A stretch of 64,000 nt of DNA from Octopus sinensis (Eukaryota): positions 95,046,001 through 95,110,000 of the forward strand of contig NC_043001.1 in NCBI RefSeq assembly GCF_006345805.1, in the 5' to 3' direction. The notes beneath the pieces were generated by a model. It was not told the origin of the DNA. It searched no databases and saw only the letters and a program-made list of their open reading frames with translations. Made by a program: the position numbers and the translations under genes. This document shows positions 12,241-25,288 of the stretch, piece after piece (positions within the stretch are counted from its first letter, which is position 1; the number at the start of each line of letters is the position of its first letter).

Positions 12241-15200
12241 TTTCTCACACACACTCACACACACAAACACAGACACACATTCACTCACAAACATACACAC
12301 ACACGCGCGCACACACATGTACACATAAGTATGTATATATGTAATGTCTAGAATGCTACACCGAGAAAATTGTGAATGCGTATGTATCAATATTGTGGGA
12401 TTTTCCCCATTTAACGGTGATCATACGTGAGCACATAACGAGAACTATTTCAACATTCATATTTTATTTTGCAAAATATATTCTTCTGTCCGTCTCCTTT
12501 CAATTAAGTTACATTATTAGAGGCAATTAACGTGAATGCTAACAACTAAACATAAAATCTTTTGAAAACATATTCCAAACTTTCCGTTTCAAGCTTAAGT
12601 TACGAAAATGAAATAGTTTTTTTGGAAACATCGGCCATTTGCATTAAAACGAATAGAGTACATGTTAAATTGTAGTTTATATCGTCGGACTATTTTACAA
12701 GAAAATAATGTTCGTTAGCTGATTTAGTCAACGCATCAATTCAAAATCGTTTTCTAACTGTAGTAAACAAATAACATACATGTATTTGTACGCCGAAAGA
12801 ATGTATCGGTTTGTGTGAGAGTACGGCATACAATACTAACATTGGTGTTAATATTTTTGTATGCATTATAGTTGCATATTCAATGGTGATACCAAGAACC
12901 AAACAGTTTTCTGGAATTTTGCGCATCAGTGTACTGCACCATGTTATATCGAATTTGTAATTGAGAATGTCAGTGGATAAAGTCCAAGAAATGTCAAGGC
13001 TTGGATCCTTCTTTTCTATAGTTAATCGATAGGAATATTCTGTATTGACATGCTGAAATAATTCCCCAAGTGAATTCAATGTGACGTCTCTATAGAACGT
13101 GTGAAATTTCAGGAAATACAAGAACATCAACCGAAGTGCCTTAATTTAAATTCCAATAGTAAATTGAAAATTGAATCTATAGCTGCAGAAATGATATTGA
13201 ATGTCGTTTATTTAGAGCATTTAAGCATAGAAAGGTTTTCTGTCTTGTTAAAGCTGTTTCGTAATGTCCGTTTGTACATTAGATTTCCATCGTCTGGAAT
13301 TATATCCAATTGCTTAACAATACATTTAGCTGACACTTTTAAGCTTTATAACTCTCAAACAACCTCTCTTTATAAATCGTTATCATACAACACATCACAT
13401 GATCAGCTTTGAACATTGCAAATGAAAATACGTGTCCTTCATTAAGCAGGTAATTATAGTTTTGCATGATAAATATTCATTCTCTTATAAGCGCATATGA
13501 TACGCTTATAATATACGCAGATTTTATAAATGTTTTGTTTATTTTGTTTTGTCTGTTTTATGTATTTTCGTGGGTAATTTCATGTGTTGGTACTTGTATA
13601 GGCACTGTATTTTTGAAAGGTAACGGTGTTGTAAATATTTGTTTGAATATACTGACTTTTCATACGCCTGGCATTATTCTGTTTCATTTTCATCGCTATA
13701 CCATGCTCAGATAATACTACTGCTAAACCGACTACATTCTTCAGCAATTTAAATTAATCTAACGGGAGTCTTATAAAGGCCATACTACTCTGGTTTCAAC
13801 TTACATATTTTAATATAAACAAATTTTATAAATTCATTAATTATACAACATTGATATACAAATAATATCGGTGTTATAGAAAATCCTGTTCTTGTAATAC
13901 TCATACAAACATACAAGTTGGTAATATATATAATATTGTTTTAGAATGTTCTTCGAAATTACCCTTCTATCTTGGTGTGTATAGAATATTAGTCAAGTTC
14001 TTTAGCAGTTTCACAACCGTTAGGTAATAAATAGGTTAACTCAAACTCACTTCATTTGGATACTATACATATTTCTACTCTGTTCACCAATTATTTAAAA
14101 AAACATTGGTCCCTCACGACTCTCATGAATGTCATGAGTTTCTAAACACGTTTTAATTAACAAGTTAATTAACTACTTGTCACGGTGTTATTGTAATTTT
14201 CTTCCTAAACAAGTCTTCCCTTTAGCAGGAAATTTTGAACTTTCAAGCTTTTACTGATGTCTTCAAATCAATATCGACTGATATATATTGCTTCACACAT
14301 CATGATCTTCTATTAATGATTGCTGAAAGGCTGTGTTATTGCATAATGTTTGGTTAGAGGTAACACAGATGGAATTTAGTTATTCTGGCATTATTGGCAG
14401 CGTGTAATCAGTCGTTTGTTTTAATATAATTATATACTAAATTATTTTTAGCTATTAAAAGGTTTTATTTCGGAGTAATGCTAATGTTCCACATCTGTTT
14501 TCGTGTCGATACTGTTAAGCATTTAAAATTGTTCTGAAATCGAACGGAAATAATTATACTAGGAAAAGTCGCAAGCAACTAGGGCCCAACAATGCAAACA
14601 GAATGAGACTTTAGTGAAGAGAGATGTAGAGCTAAGATAGAAGAGACGTAATCGACGCTACACAAACATAATCACACGTAGACACACGAGACACACGAGA
14701 AGTGTAGCATTATGATGTTATAGTCATTGTTAGCGATGTTATTAAATAGAGATGACAAAGATGCCTCCGAATCAGTGGAGCTGAGTGTAAAATACCCCAA
14801 TTATTAATTTTACAAAAATTATTAAATGTAGTTTGTGAATTATCTTGTCATGAACCTTACAGTAATATAGCTGCGTCTGATAAACGAGGATAATTTTATA
14901 TTGTTTTTTTTTTCGATATTTTGTATTAATTACAGACAGCAATAGATGAGGTGAAAGATAAGAGATAGTAGCAGAGCAACGTTTATGGAAGGAGAAAGAC
15001 AAGAAAAGAATAATGAATAAGAAGAATTAATATTGTAGAACCTAAGAAGAAAGGAAGGAAAATAAGAAGAATGAAAATCACAATGACGGTCTGTAAGACA
15101 CCTGCGAAAGAGGACAAAAATCAGCATTTTCATTTACTCAGATGCTCAATGCTTTGAAAGTTCGATGAGTACAACGGACATACAATTTTCATATAGTATA

Positions 15201-15289
15201 TAATTGATAGAATCAGTGATAAAGTAACGCATTTGGCATTTGCTAATACATTTCGTTTCAGGTGTCATGGATCTCTTGATAGAAAATAA

Positions 15290-15560
15290 AGGCGGTGACC
15301 TAGCAGAATCGTTAGCACATGGGACAAAATTGCTTAGTGGCATTTCTTCCGTCTTTACGTTCTGAATTCCAATTCCAATGAAACGACCTTGGACTTCTTT
15401 TGAGCAGATGAGGGAACTGTTTATATGTCGACTTTTCCTTCCAACCTTTCGGAGTCGATAAATTTAGGAACAGTGAAACAATGGGGTCTATATAATCGAC
15501 TAGCCCCCTCCCCATAAAATATCAAGCCTTGTACCCTTAGTAGAAAGAATTATTAGGTAG
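15290..15560 (+). mobile_element. SINE-like repeat family S4
   Basis: GGCGGTGACCTAGCAGAATCGTTAGCA...TTTACGTTCTGAATTCC...CCTTTCGGAGTCGATAAA...ATAATCGACT. Confidence 0.75.
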
Positions 15561-16489
15561 AACATGAATGAAATACAAATATTTATGAAAATTACATACG
15601 AAACCTCGATTTAACCAACAACCCACAAATTTGGTGCCCCCGTGCCAAAATTTGAAATCAATATTAAATATGAAATAATCTTTGTTTTGATCTTTCACAT
15701 ATGTAGTTATTTCTATAATGCTATATGAAATGCCTTACACCAGCAAGTTCTAACTATTAGCTCCTTCTCTTCTTGTGTATGTCTACCTGTATACATATAT
15801 ATGTATGTGTGCGTGCACAAAAGTATTGTCGTGTATCAGAGCATCCAATCTTCTTTTGTTTATATAGCGTGTATTTTATTATGTTTCTATATTTACATTT
15901 ATGCCTGTGTCATTTTTTGTGTTCTATGTTTACACCATATTGTTAAACTAACAATATTATCGCTAAAGTCTTGGGATTGTAACGAGTATTTGAACGATAT
16001 CTGACGAGGGAATCGCATGTCCATGCCCTGTGTGTGAATTTTCCGTTCGTTCTTTTCGTCTTGCAAGTTCCTTTTTAATAATTTTTTAAAATTTTATTTT
16101 GCTTGATAGCTTACTTGTTCTGTGAAGCTTCCACCGGCCTCAGCAGTGTTCTGTACTTTTGACACCAGCTTATTTCACCTTTGGTTCCATGTTTTCGTCT
16201 CTCCTCTTTCGTTTCCAGTCGGATTGGACATTTTCCATTGCGTTACTTATACATGTGGTTTGTCTCATCTCGGCCTCACGGCCTATATTTTATATAACGA
16301 ATATGTTATGAAGATATTCAATAAATTCATTGTTTTTTACATCCTCCAAAATTGAGGCCATCATGTCATCATCTACATTGAAGTTGAAACGACCTTGGTC
16401 TTCTTTTGAGCAGATGAGGGAGCTGTTAATAGTGAATGGGTTGTACCTTTGTCTTTGGCTCAAATCCAGTAGTCATCCTTGGTTAGAAA

Positions 16490-17075
16490 ATGTACAGGGA
16501 AACAAGCTGGATCTGTTTCAAACGATTCGAGGCGTTACTCTCAGGTGATCAACCTGGACGGCTTTTGATCAGATGCCATATAAAGTGTCACCCACCTTCG
16601 TCAGAATATTCTCAACCTTCTCACTGAACATACTGATAGCATTGGCTATTTTATTTATAGTCAGTCATGTCATCCATCCCCATGTGGTGAACGAAATCAA
16701 CACTTTTATTCTGTAGTGCCACTTGCACAAATGTGTAGAACTTGGGTCAGATTCAACAATTGCCCTTTCCCTCCTAAATACAGATGCTCACTTTTGCACT
16801 GATGAGAAGGCTGAATCGTCTTCCCTGCAGTAGCTTGCTGCACAAATGTCATTAGAGACTAAATACTTTTTTCTACAGGCAGTTGATAAAACGACGATGG
16901 CAGATATTGTTAATTTTGAAGTGAAATCATAACCAGTTACTTTTGAAGTCTTCTTTTAAAATTCAGAGGCTAGTTCACCTTGAAAGAGACAATGCAGTTA
17001 CTTAGTAGCGTTGACAGTAATGCATGCAAGGCATCAAGACTCTAGCATCACTCTTTTATTCTGACCCTATTATAT
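16490..17075 (-). mobile_element. Mariner relic (5' half), same family as 30929-32233
   Basis: The reverse complement matches the 5' UTR and transposase of the 31-kb copy, e.g. TGATGCTAGAG...TTGCATGCATTA and GTTGAGAATATTCTG...CTGATCAAAAGC. Confidence 0.75.
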
Positions 17076-17369
17076 TATCAGTCCATTCTGGCGTAATGTA
17101 ATGATATAAGTTTTGCTAATCCAGATTGAAGGAGATACCTATAACAGTAACTTGAACACGTATTATTAAACACTGTTTGTTACTGCTGACTAGGTTTTAG
17201 AATGATGTCCGTATTTTTGAAAGCTTGATCTCCATTGAATATTTGCAGTAAACTGGGTTTAAGCCACAGAAAAATTTGAAATGCTACAAATGTTTTATCG
17301 TTTAACCTTTATTCGCTGCTACAAGGGGTTCAAGAATGATAGAAATCAGATGATAGACGATAAGAGGTT

Positions 17370-17423
<54 letters not shown>

Positions 17424-17449
17424 TGAGAGACAGAGAGAGAAGCCTAAAC

Positions 17450-17630
17450 CCCAGATCCGTTATTGAAAATACGTAATTTTTGGATGAAACCATCGTGTGT
17501 CTATAAATGCAAAGAGCATAGAGTTTGGAGTTGGTGTGGAAAATGGACACATAATTGTGCATCATGATCTGTACATGCGCAAATCTGTTCCCAGGGTGCT
17601 GAGTGATTAAATGGGCTACAAAACTGTCCC
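17450..17630 (+). mobile_element. Mariner transposase HTH-region fragment
   Basis: Translation NHRVSINAKSIEFGVGVENGHIIVHHDLYMRKSVPRVLSD resembles the mariner RR-S-...IIH--L-MRK--VPR-L region. Confidence 0.55.
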
Positions 17631-20600
17631 TTGCACACACAACCACCTAGGTCTTTGTCCCTGTGAATTTTGGTTGTATGCCGAGTCGCTGGGTTAGTAG
17701 AATTACATTGAAAGGAGAGGATACAGCTTTGAAGAAAAGGAGTGTTTTTTACTCTGAAATTCATATTTCTTGATAAAATCTGAAAACTTCTGGAATGCAT
17801 CTTGCATATCTGTTTTCTATTTAAAGTAAGCAGATGATAATACCTAACTCATCATAACCTAAATGGTTCATGCTATCCTTTTAAAAGATAAATATTTATA
17901 GATTAATATTTTAAATACTTTGTTCTTTCTCAGCTGTTATAATTACATTTATTATTTCTCATTTAATACTTGACTGCTTTCCAATGAGTTTAAATCGCAA
18001 TAATTATTTGCTGCTGAAAATAACGCGTTGTATTATAATACTATTTAAAAGCATTCTACTTATAGTTTACAACTAATTATATGATTACCACGTGACCTAC
18101 AAAGGTATTAGATATAAATGTACTTTAGAGAATCAAATCCGTAACCACCCCACACATACGCACAATAGTCCTACAGCTAATTTCAGATTTACTGATTAAA
18201 AACAATCTATACTTAGAGTATTAACATTCATGTGCTATCTGAAATTTCGCGTTTTGGTTTTAAAACTTTCATATTTTTAATGAGAATTATATTGCAATAT
18301 GAATTGTGAAAATTTGAAAATTAAACAGTTCTGTTTTTTTTTTGTTATGTTAATTTTAGAAAGATAAGTGGGGTAGTCGTGCTCGTTTGAAGCAACGTTG
18401 ATTGCGACTGCTCTCACCTCAGAAAATACTGCCAAAAAAACACAGATTACAATGCTTTAAGTGATACTTCGGTTGCTTTAATGTTTCATTCACGCCTTGT
18501 CCCATGCAAACCATGAAAATAATTCACTTATATTAAATGGATGACGATTGCTTTGATGCTCATTCCAAAGTGCTTCAAGATACCACTTAAAAAGATGGAC
18601 AAACATGCACTGATCCTAATATATCTACAGATATTTCTTGGCACCAAACTCGGTGAGCTTATCAGTTACCTTCCTTTTGCGCATCATGGGTTATTAAGCA
18701 GAATTTCCATCCTCTGTCAAGACCAGAACGAGGTTAAAATCTTTCGTAACTAGAACTTGCTGTTATCCTGCGTCAAAGAAAGAGGTCGGAATTGGCGATT
18801 TTCAAGAGACTGATGACACATCTTTCTTCTCCAGAACACCAGTAATTAATATTTCAAATACTTCTCGAGGAGACGTATTTTGGCTGATTGCGGCTCTTGA
18901 CATAATTTTGCATGTGTAGGATTGGTAAAATTGTTTTGAATATATGTTACGACTTTAACTGAAATTGTTATGCTTACAAACGGAATTGCCACGCACACAG
19001 GTGTACTGTATTCAGTGTCAATGCGAGATTATTTGTTAAAAGCTACTTCACCTTTCCAAATATAATGTACACTTATGATCTATTTCTTGCTTTATGCGTG
19101 TTTACTGAATTAATTGGATCACAAAACCCTATGAAGAATTCGCTGACACCTGCTTTTTAAGTATGTGACAATATTCTCTGTGTTGCGAACATTCTCGATT
19201 TCAGATGTTTTCTATAGTATTCTCTAGACAAATTTCCACTTGATTCAACTCACAATGGTTTTCGTTGATATCATTAAATATATTTATTTTTCTTTATGTT
19301 ATTTCTAGTTCGAAATATTACGACGTTTTGCTAATGCTAAGAATTGCAATATTGCTTGAATTATTGTTTACATATTTGCGTTAACTTGGAAGTTTCTTCC
19401 ACTACAGTTGAAATTAGAAACAAATTATATTCCATTAAAATTATTCTAAATAAATTAATTCATCAATTCGAATCAAAGTTATGACAGTAGCGCAAAAGGA
19501 GATTCATAAAGAAACTGAATTAAAAACTTATATTTTTGCAATTGTTGTTGTGGTGTAATACTGAAATATTTTGCAACATTATATTGGAAATATTGATAAT
19601 ACTGAAATATAGTGCGGTATATAACATTTATTGTAGAAAGTTCAAGTCAATCAAAAAATAAAATATCTAAGCAACCATATGAATTAAAAAAAAATTTCTT
19701 CTCATTCACTTAAAATAAACGATTGCTCAGTGTATGCCTCGAAAATCATCAATGAAACAATGGCTGCGTAACAAATTTAAACGCAAAATCATTTTAAAGT
19801 GTATTGAAAATGCAATTTTCATGTTTCTAAAGTGGCCTATAAATTCGAGAGTTATGATAGTTATTAGAAACTATTTGCTAGATCAAAAAGAATATTGTTG
19901 CAAGGTACAATTATTCACAAGAACTATTAACTGCTGATATCTTTTTGATGTTTAAGAATATACACACTAACTAGAACTTCTTCCGCTAGTGAGGAAAAGT
20001 AAATAAGCATAGATTAAATGTCCTGACGAAGTTTTGTTTTTGTTGGAGAAAATAATGCATTTGATATGAAATTAAATTCCTGGCAGAACACTGAGAAAAC
20101 CCAGTGAATTTTGAAATTGTTAACTATATTTAATCTACCTGTCAGTGATTTAGCATTTAAATTGGGCATGTATGAAGACGAATCTTTTCAGAGATTAGTG
20201 TAATAAAATATGTAATTTTAATTGTAATAATTAAAATTAATGCGTTGCTCTTTTTCCTCTTCGACAATGCAGTAGAGCTCAAGTGGAATCATATACAGTT
20301 TTCATTAATGTAACCGTGGAATATATATTAGATATATATCGAAACACTGAGCATCTTCGAACGTGCTACTGTTAACTTGAAAACAAGTTAACAGTTAAAA
20401 AGATCGTCAAAATAACATACGTAACATAAATTCAAGTGAGGGGAATCGTAAGTTTTCTATTAAATATTTCTATTCAAACAATTTCAGTTTGAATATTGCG
20501 TTTATGATTCTACACTGAAGAATTTTGTTTCAAAAAGGATTATGCAAACAAAATATTCTCTGTGAATGTATAAAACGATATTTTCGAGCATAAATGTGGT

Positions 20601-21039
20601 TACATTTCTTGTAAATTTATAAAAACAGAATCCTTCACTATGCAACTTGATATAAAGAAAGCAAACCCAATAACAAAAATGTCTTGAGATTACGGAATTC
20701 CAAGTTTCAGTATAATTTTCAAGAATGCTGGTTTCTTTAACCAAAGGGTTATTTTCACTTCTTATTCCGTGTATAATATTCTTGAAGTAATTTTCTCTCA
20801 ATTATATTCAATCGTTTTGATTTTCACTGAGAAACAATCCTGTTAAAAAGGAAACAATCAGTCATTGAGCATATTATGTAACATGATTTCCGTTTGTTGT
20901 TTTCCTTTCCAACTGAATCGGTAGGGTGATAGGATATATTTTTTCTATGTATTATTTGGCTCAACTAAATGTAACAGTGTGCTGCCCTGTTTTTCTTTAG
21001 GAAATCTATAATTTCCATTTTACTTATATAATTGATATT

Positions 21040-21560
21040 AGTATTTTGGGGGTTATAGGATGACGAACTAGCGGAATCGGTAGAACGTTTCTGGAATCGC
21101 TTAGCGGCATTTCTTCTGCCTTTATGTTGTGAGCACAAACTCCGCTGAGGTCGAACTTTGCCTTTCATGCTTTCAAGGTCGACACCTTAAACAAATATCA
21201 CGCATTACAGTCAAAGAAATCGACTAAACTCTTCCACAAAATTCCAAGCATTGTTCCTATATAAGATAGGATATTTCAAGGTTAAGTTGAGACATTTTAT
21301 CTTTTTGAAATTCGTGACTAGGTATCACATTCAATATTTGCATCATTTAAGGTGATGAGATGGCAAAATCGTGAGCAAACTTGACACAATTCTTAGCGGC
21401 ATTTTGTTTATTTTGACGTTCTCAGTTTAAATTCTGCCAAGGTCGACTTTGTCTTTCATTCTATTGATGTCGATAAAAATGTACCAGTCGAGCAATGGGG
21501 TGGAGGTATTTGACTTATTCCTTTCCTCGAAATTGCTGGTCTTTCACAAATAATTTTAAT
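21040..21560. mobile_element. Two S4 SINE-like fragments in opposite orientation (21040-21190 minus, 21350-21560 plus)
   Basis: GAGGTCGAACTTTGCCTTTCATGCTTTC and CAAGGTCGACTTTGTCTTTCATTC bodies; the first fragment mixes a minus-strand head with a plus-reading body, so boundaries are approximate. Confidence 0.55.
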
Positions 21561-22878
21561 CAACATTTGCATAATTTAGTTTGCATAATATGGCACACCA
21601 CGTATACATGCTATATTTGCAACTGTTTATTTATGTGACCCAGTTTCTTGAAATGGATTGCGTGTCTAACGCAAACTACAATCTTTATAATAAATTTTCG
21701 CTGTACCATCACGTGTATATAAAGGAAAATATGTTTTCGCCAATATTATTAAAAGTACTTAATCCACTTATCATGAACATAAATGACATATTTTTATTCA
21801 GGACTCTAAAAACGCAAATATGATTGACACACATCAGGTTCAAGAACACGATAGTTGGCTTGCGTTCACATGTTGTTTGCCCTTTCATATAATGCATATT
21901 ATATTAGTGCATCATATATATTTACTTTTAAATAAAGATATTAGTATACATATGTCTCCTACGAAAGAAGTGAATGTATACCATATTGGAAATTTGGTGA
22001 TGAACTTTCTGCATATAATTGTATAGATTAGTTTAGCTCCATCTTCAGTGACTCTTTCGTGTACAAACACACATATACACAGATACACTTACGCATGCAC
22101 ATATATCAATATATATAAAAAAACACGCACATATAGTTACACACACATACACTGACGTACATATATAAATAATTTCATAGATTATTTACTATATTAGACG
22201 TTTCGCGTCATTGAATTAATGTATCTGTAAAGGTCAGGAACGTTTAAGATGAATAATATAAGCTTGAAGGCAGGGTGAATTCTTGAAAACAGTTAAATCC
22301 GCATGTGTGTGTGTGCTTATATACACACAGATATACACACATATATATTCATAGATATGTATATATATATGTATATGTTTAGTGATGCAAAGAAAGGCGT
22401 TTGGGATTGATATATAAAATGTATAAACATATTGACATGTAAATACATATGGAGATAAAACTATGGAGAAATATTTAGAAGATGAAATATTTAGAAGATG
22501 AAGGATTGGTTACAAGCAAATAGATATATTTACATTTAAAGCATAAATTTACAGGGAGTAAAAATATACCGAAAACTGAGAGAGAGAATGGTATTCCATG
22601 TCCAATAGCTATATCTGGGGTCTCGGAATTACATAATCGTTGTAATTCTGGCGGACAAAATTTGTCAAATTTCATAGTTATTCAACCAGTAGCAGATACT
22701 TATAAAAAGTACCGTAAAACCGACCTTCATCTTCAGGGTGGAAAAACAGAAGGCTATTTCAGATTTATTGAGTCTGCAAAGCTTGTCGCTGAAACAATTC
22801 TGGAATTTATGAACTACAAATGTTTAAGCTGGGTTTCTGGCATGGTTGAAACTGTATCACGTGGAGGCGTTTTTTTGT

Positions 22879-22939
<61 letters not shown>

Positions 22940-23002
22940 CTATCTATCTGTCTGTCTGTCTGTCTGTCTATGTATCTATCTATCTATTTATCTATCTATC
23001 TA

Positions 23003-23124
<122 letters not shown>

Positions 23125-24019
23125 GTGTGTGTGTAAATGAAATAAATAGTTCGATTATCAAACGAACATCATCGGTTTTCTTGTACCAAAATTATTCTGC
23201 TATTTGCATCAATACTGCCTCAAACTTTTAAGATAATACTACACACTCATAACGATTCAATAAGTCGATTTTGTCGGCTTTGGAAAATCCAGTATCATGA
23301 AAATGTAAACCGAAGTCATAGGGGACAAGAGATGAAGATTTCTAGTGTTACTACACTTATTTCTCAGGATGTATATCAGATCGAGCTACAAATATACTTG
23401 ACTGGAGTGTAGTTCTTTACCATCAACGTGTAAGGAAACAACACTGGTTTCAGCCATGATTACATTCCTATGGTTAGTTCTTACAAGAACGCTTTGCTGA
23501 TATTTCTGCCAAATAAATGACACTTGTCATTTGCGCTAAATTACGCAGAACCAGAGCTGAAGAAGACTTGCTGGTAATATCCAAGATATGTAAGAGAGTG
23601 TTATTGCGAATGTTTGTCATTTTACCGGTTTCCCGCTGTTGAATATGCATCTTTATTACTTTAAACGTTTCAGATCTACAAACCTGTGTACTCTCAGGAG
23701 ATGACATAACTTATGTTTGCAAATATGACAGATTAAAATCGTACGTCAGTTTCACTCTCAAAACTACATAGTTTCGGATCACATCGGAACGAATAACTGC
23801 TCAGGCAACCCAAAATAGACTTGATGTTCAGGATAATGTATTTCCAAGGAAATTGATTTCAGTTACAAAGCTCTCCAAGGAAGACACTGTGTTTGAGAAT
23901 ATATATACTGAATATATAGGCTTCATGTAATAATCTTAACCTAATATGACTCGTATTTCAACATTGCTGCATAGATTTTAACACGCTTTTTTATATGCAG
24001 TTCTATATTTAAGAGATGA

Positions 24020-24180
24020 GGAATTGTGCACATTATGTTCATAATTTTAATTTGACGGATATTTGTCCTCATCTTGTTTGTTGTTAACATATCATTTCGG
24101 CTGATATACCCTCGAGCCTTCATCGGGTGTCTTGGGGAAATTTCGAACCTGGGTTCTCATTTCTAAGCTATAATAAATAT
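24020..24180 (-). mobile_element. Short repeat (family B) with a decayed hammerhead-like core
   Basis: The minus strand of 24083-24130 reads ACAC CCGAUGA A GGCU-CGAGGGUAUAUC-AGCC GAAA UGAU AUGU. Confidence 0.55.
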
Positions 24181-24220
24181 ATTATTACTGTTGTATTTGC
24201 TGTTGTTGTTTTTGTTGTTG

Positions 24221-24223
<3 letters not shown>

Positions 24224-24297
<74 letters not shown>
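24224..24297. repeat. (TTA/TAA)n microsatellite preceded by (TTG)n
   Basis: Direct reading; abuts the Dong 3' end. Confidence 0.97.
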
Positions 24298-24300
<3 letters not shown>

Positions 24301-24489
24301 TAGTTTTATTTTTATAGCGTGCTTTCACTTCACTCCCGAGCGCAGCTCTGTGTGCCTTGGGTATGTGCTGTGATTTGTTGTGATGCTCTGATGGTTATTG
24401 TATGGAAAGTGTTCTGCGTAGGATGTGTGCAGTGCCTAGTAGTGCAATTTTCTGTATGTCATATGTGTTTGTAAGTCCTGGTGTTTTTG

Positions 24490-24987
24490 TTATGTATTTG
24501 TATGAATATGTTTTATCATGCCTAATGCACCTACTATGATAGGAATTGTTTCTGTTTTCAGATTCCACATTCTAGTTACCTCTATTTTCAGGTCTTTGTA
24601 TTTTGAGAGTTTCTCCATTTCTTTTAGAGACACGTTGTCATCGGCCGGTATTGATACATCAATTAGAAAGCATTTTTTTTCTTCATGATCTCTGACAACT
24701 ATATCTGGTCTGTCGGCCTTAATTTCTATATCTGTGTGTATCGGCATATCCCAGAGTATGGTTGCTTTCTCGTTTTCTGTGACCTTTTCTGGTGTGTGCC
24801 TACACCATCTTTTTTCTGTTGTTATTCCATAATGTTGGCATAGCTTCCAATGTATGTAGGTTCCAACTCTGTCATGTCTGTGAATATAGTCCTTCTTAAC
24901 CTGGACTGGGCAGCCAGAGATAATATGATTCATTGTTTCTTGTCCATCTCCACATATTCTGCAGTTACTTGTAATATTTCTTTTCAT
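24490..24987 (-). CDS. CCHC zinc knuckle plus PD-(D/E)xK restriction-like endonuclease of the same element
   Basis: CRICGDGQETMNHIISGC, RHDRVG, RPDIVV, LIDVSIP, KYKDL, IPIIVGALG. Confidence 0.9.
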   Translation of the reverse strand: MKRNITSNCRICGDGQETMNHIISGCPVQVKKDYIHRHDRVGTYIHWKLCQHYGITTEKRWCRHTPEKVTENEKATILWDMPIHTDIEIKADRPDIVVRDHEEKKCFLIDVSIPADDNVSLKEMEKLSKYKDLKIEVTRMWNLKTETIPIIVGALGMIKHIHTNT

Positions 24988-25288
24988 TACATGTTTTTGG
25001 TAATTTCTGGTGGGGAGGCTTTGGTCTTGTGCTGCAATTAAAAATCCCTCTGTTTCTGCTTTGCTGTTCTATTTTTAGTTTGGATTTCATTTGTTTTATA
25101 GCTTTTGTTGTTTCTTCATCTTCTTCTTCTTCTTCTTCATGTTTATTAGGTGGTGTGATTTCTTGTTTGTATTTGTCAGCTTCCTTAAATACTGAGAACA
25201 GTTTTTTTGTTTTGCTCGTGTTTGCCGCTATCTGGATCAGTTTTCCTCCCTTCTGAAGTAGATATTTTTGCAGTCCTATGGTGGTTGT

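Noticed and set aside
16001-16050. CUGACGA followed by a GGG...CCC stem
   Set aside because: No GAAA after the stem, so the hammerhead core is incomplete.
18360-18850. GC-richer stretch with a 70-aa ORF, possible transposase relic
   Set aside because: No diagnostic motif recognised in any frame.
22700-22740. Minus-strand CUGAAGA
   Set aside because: No stem II or GAAA partner, and it lies inside a stop-free coding-like stretch.
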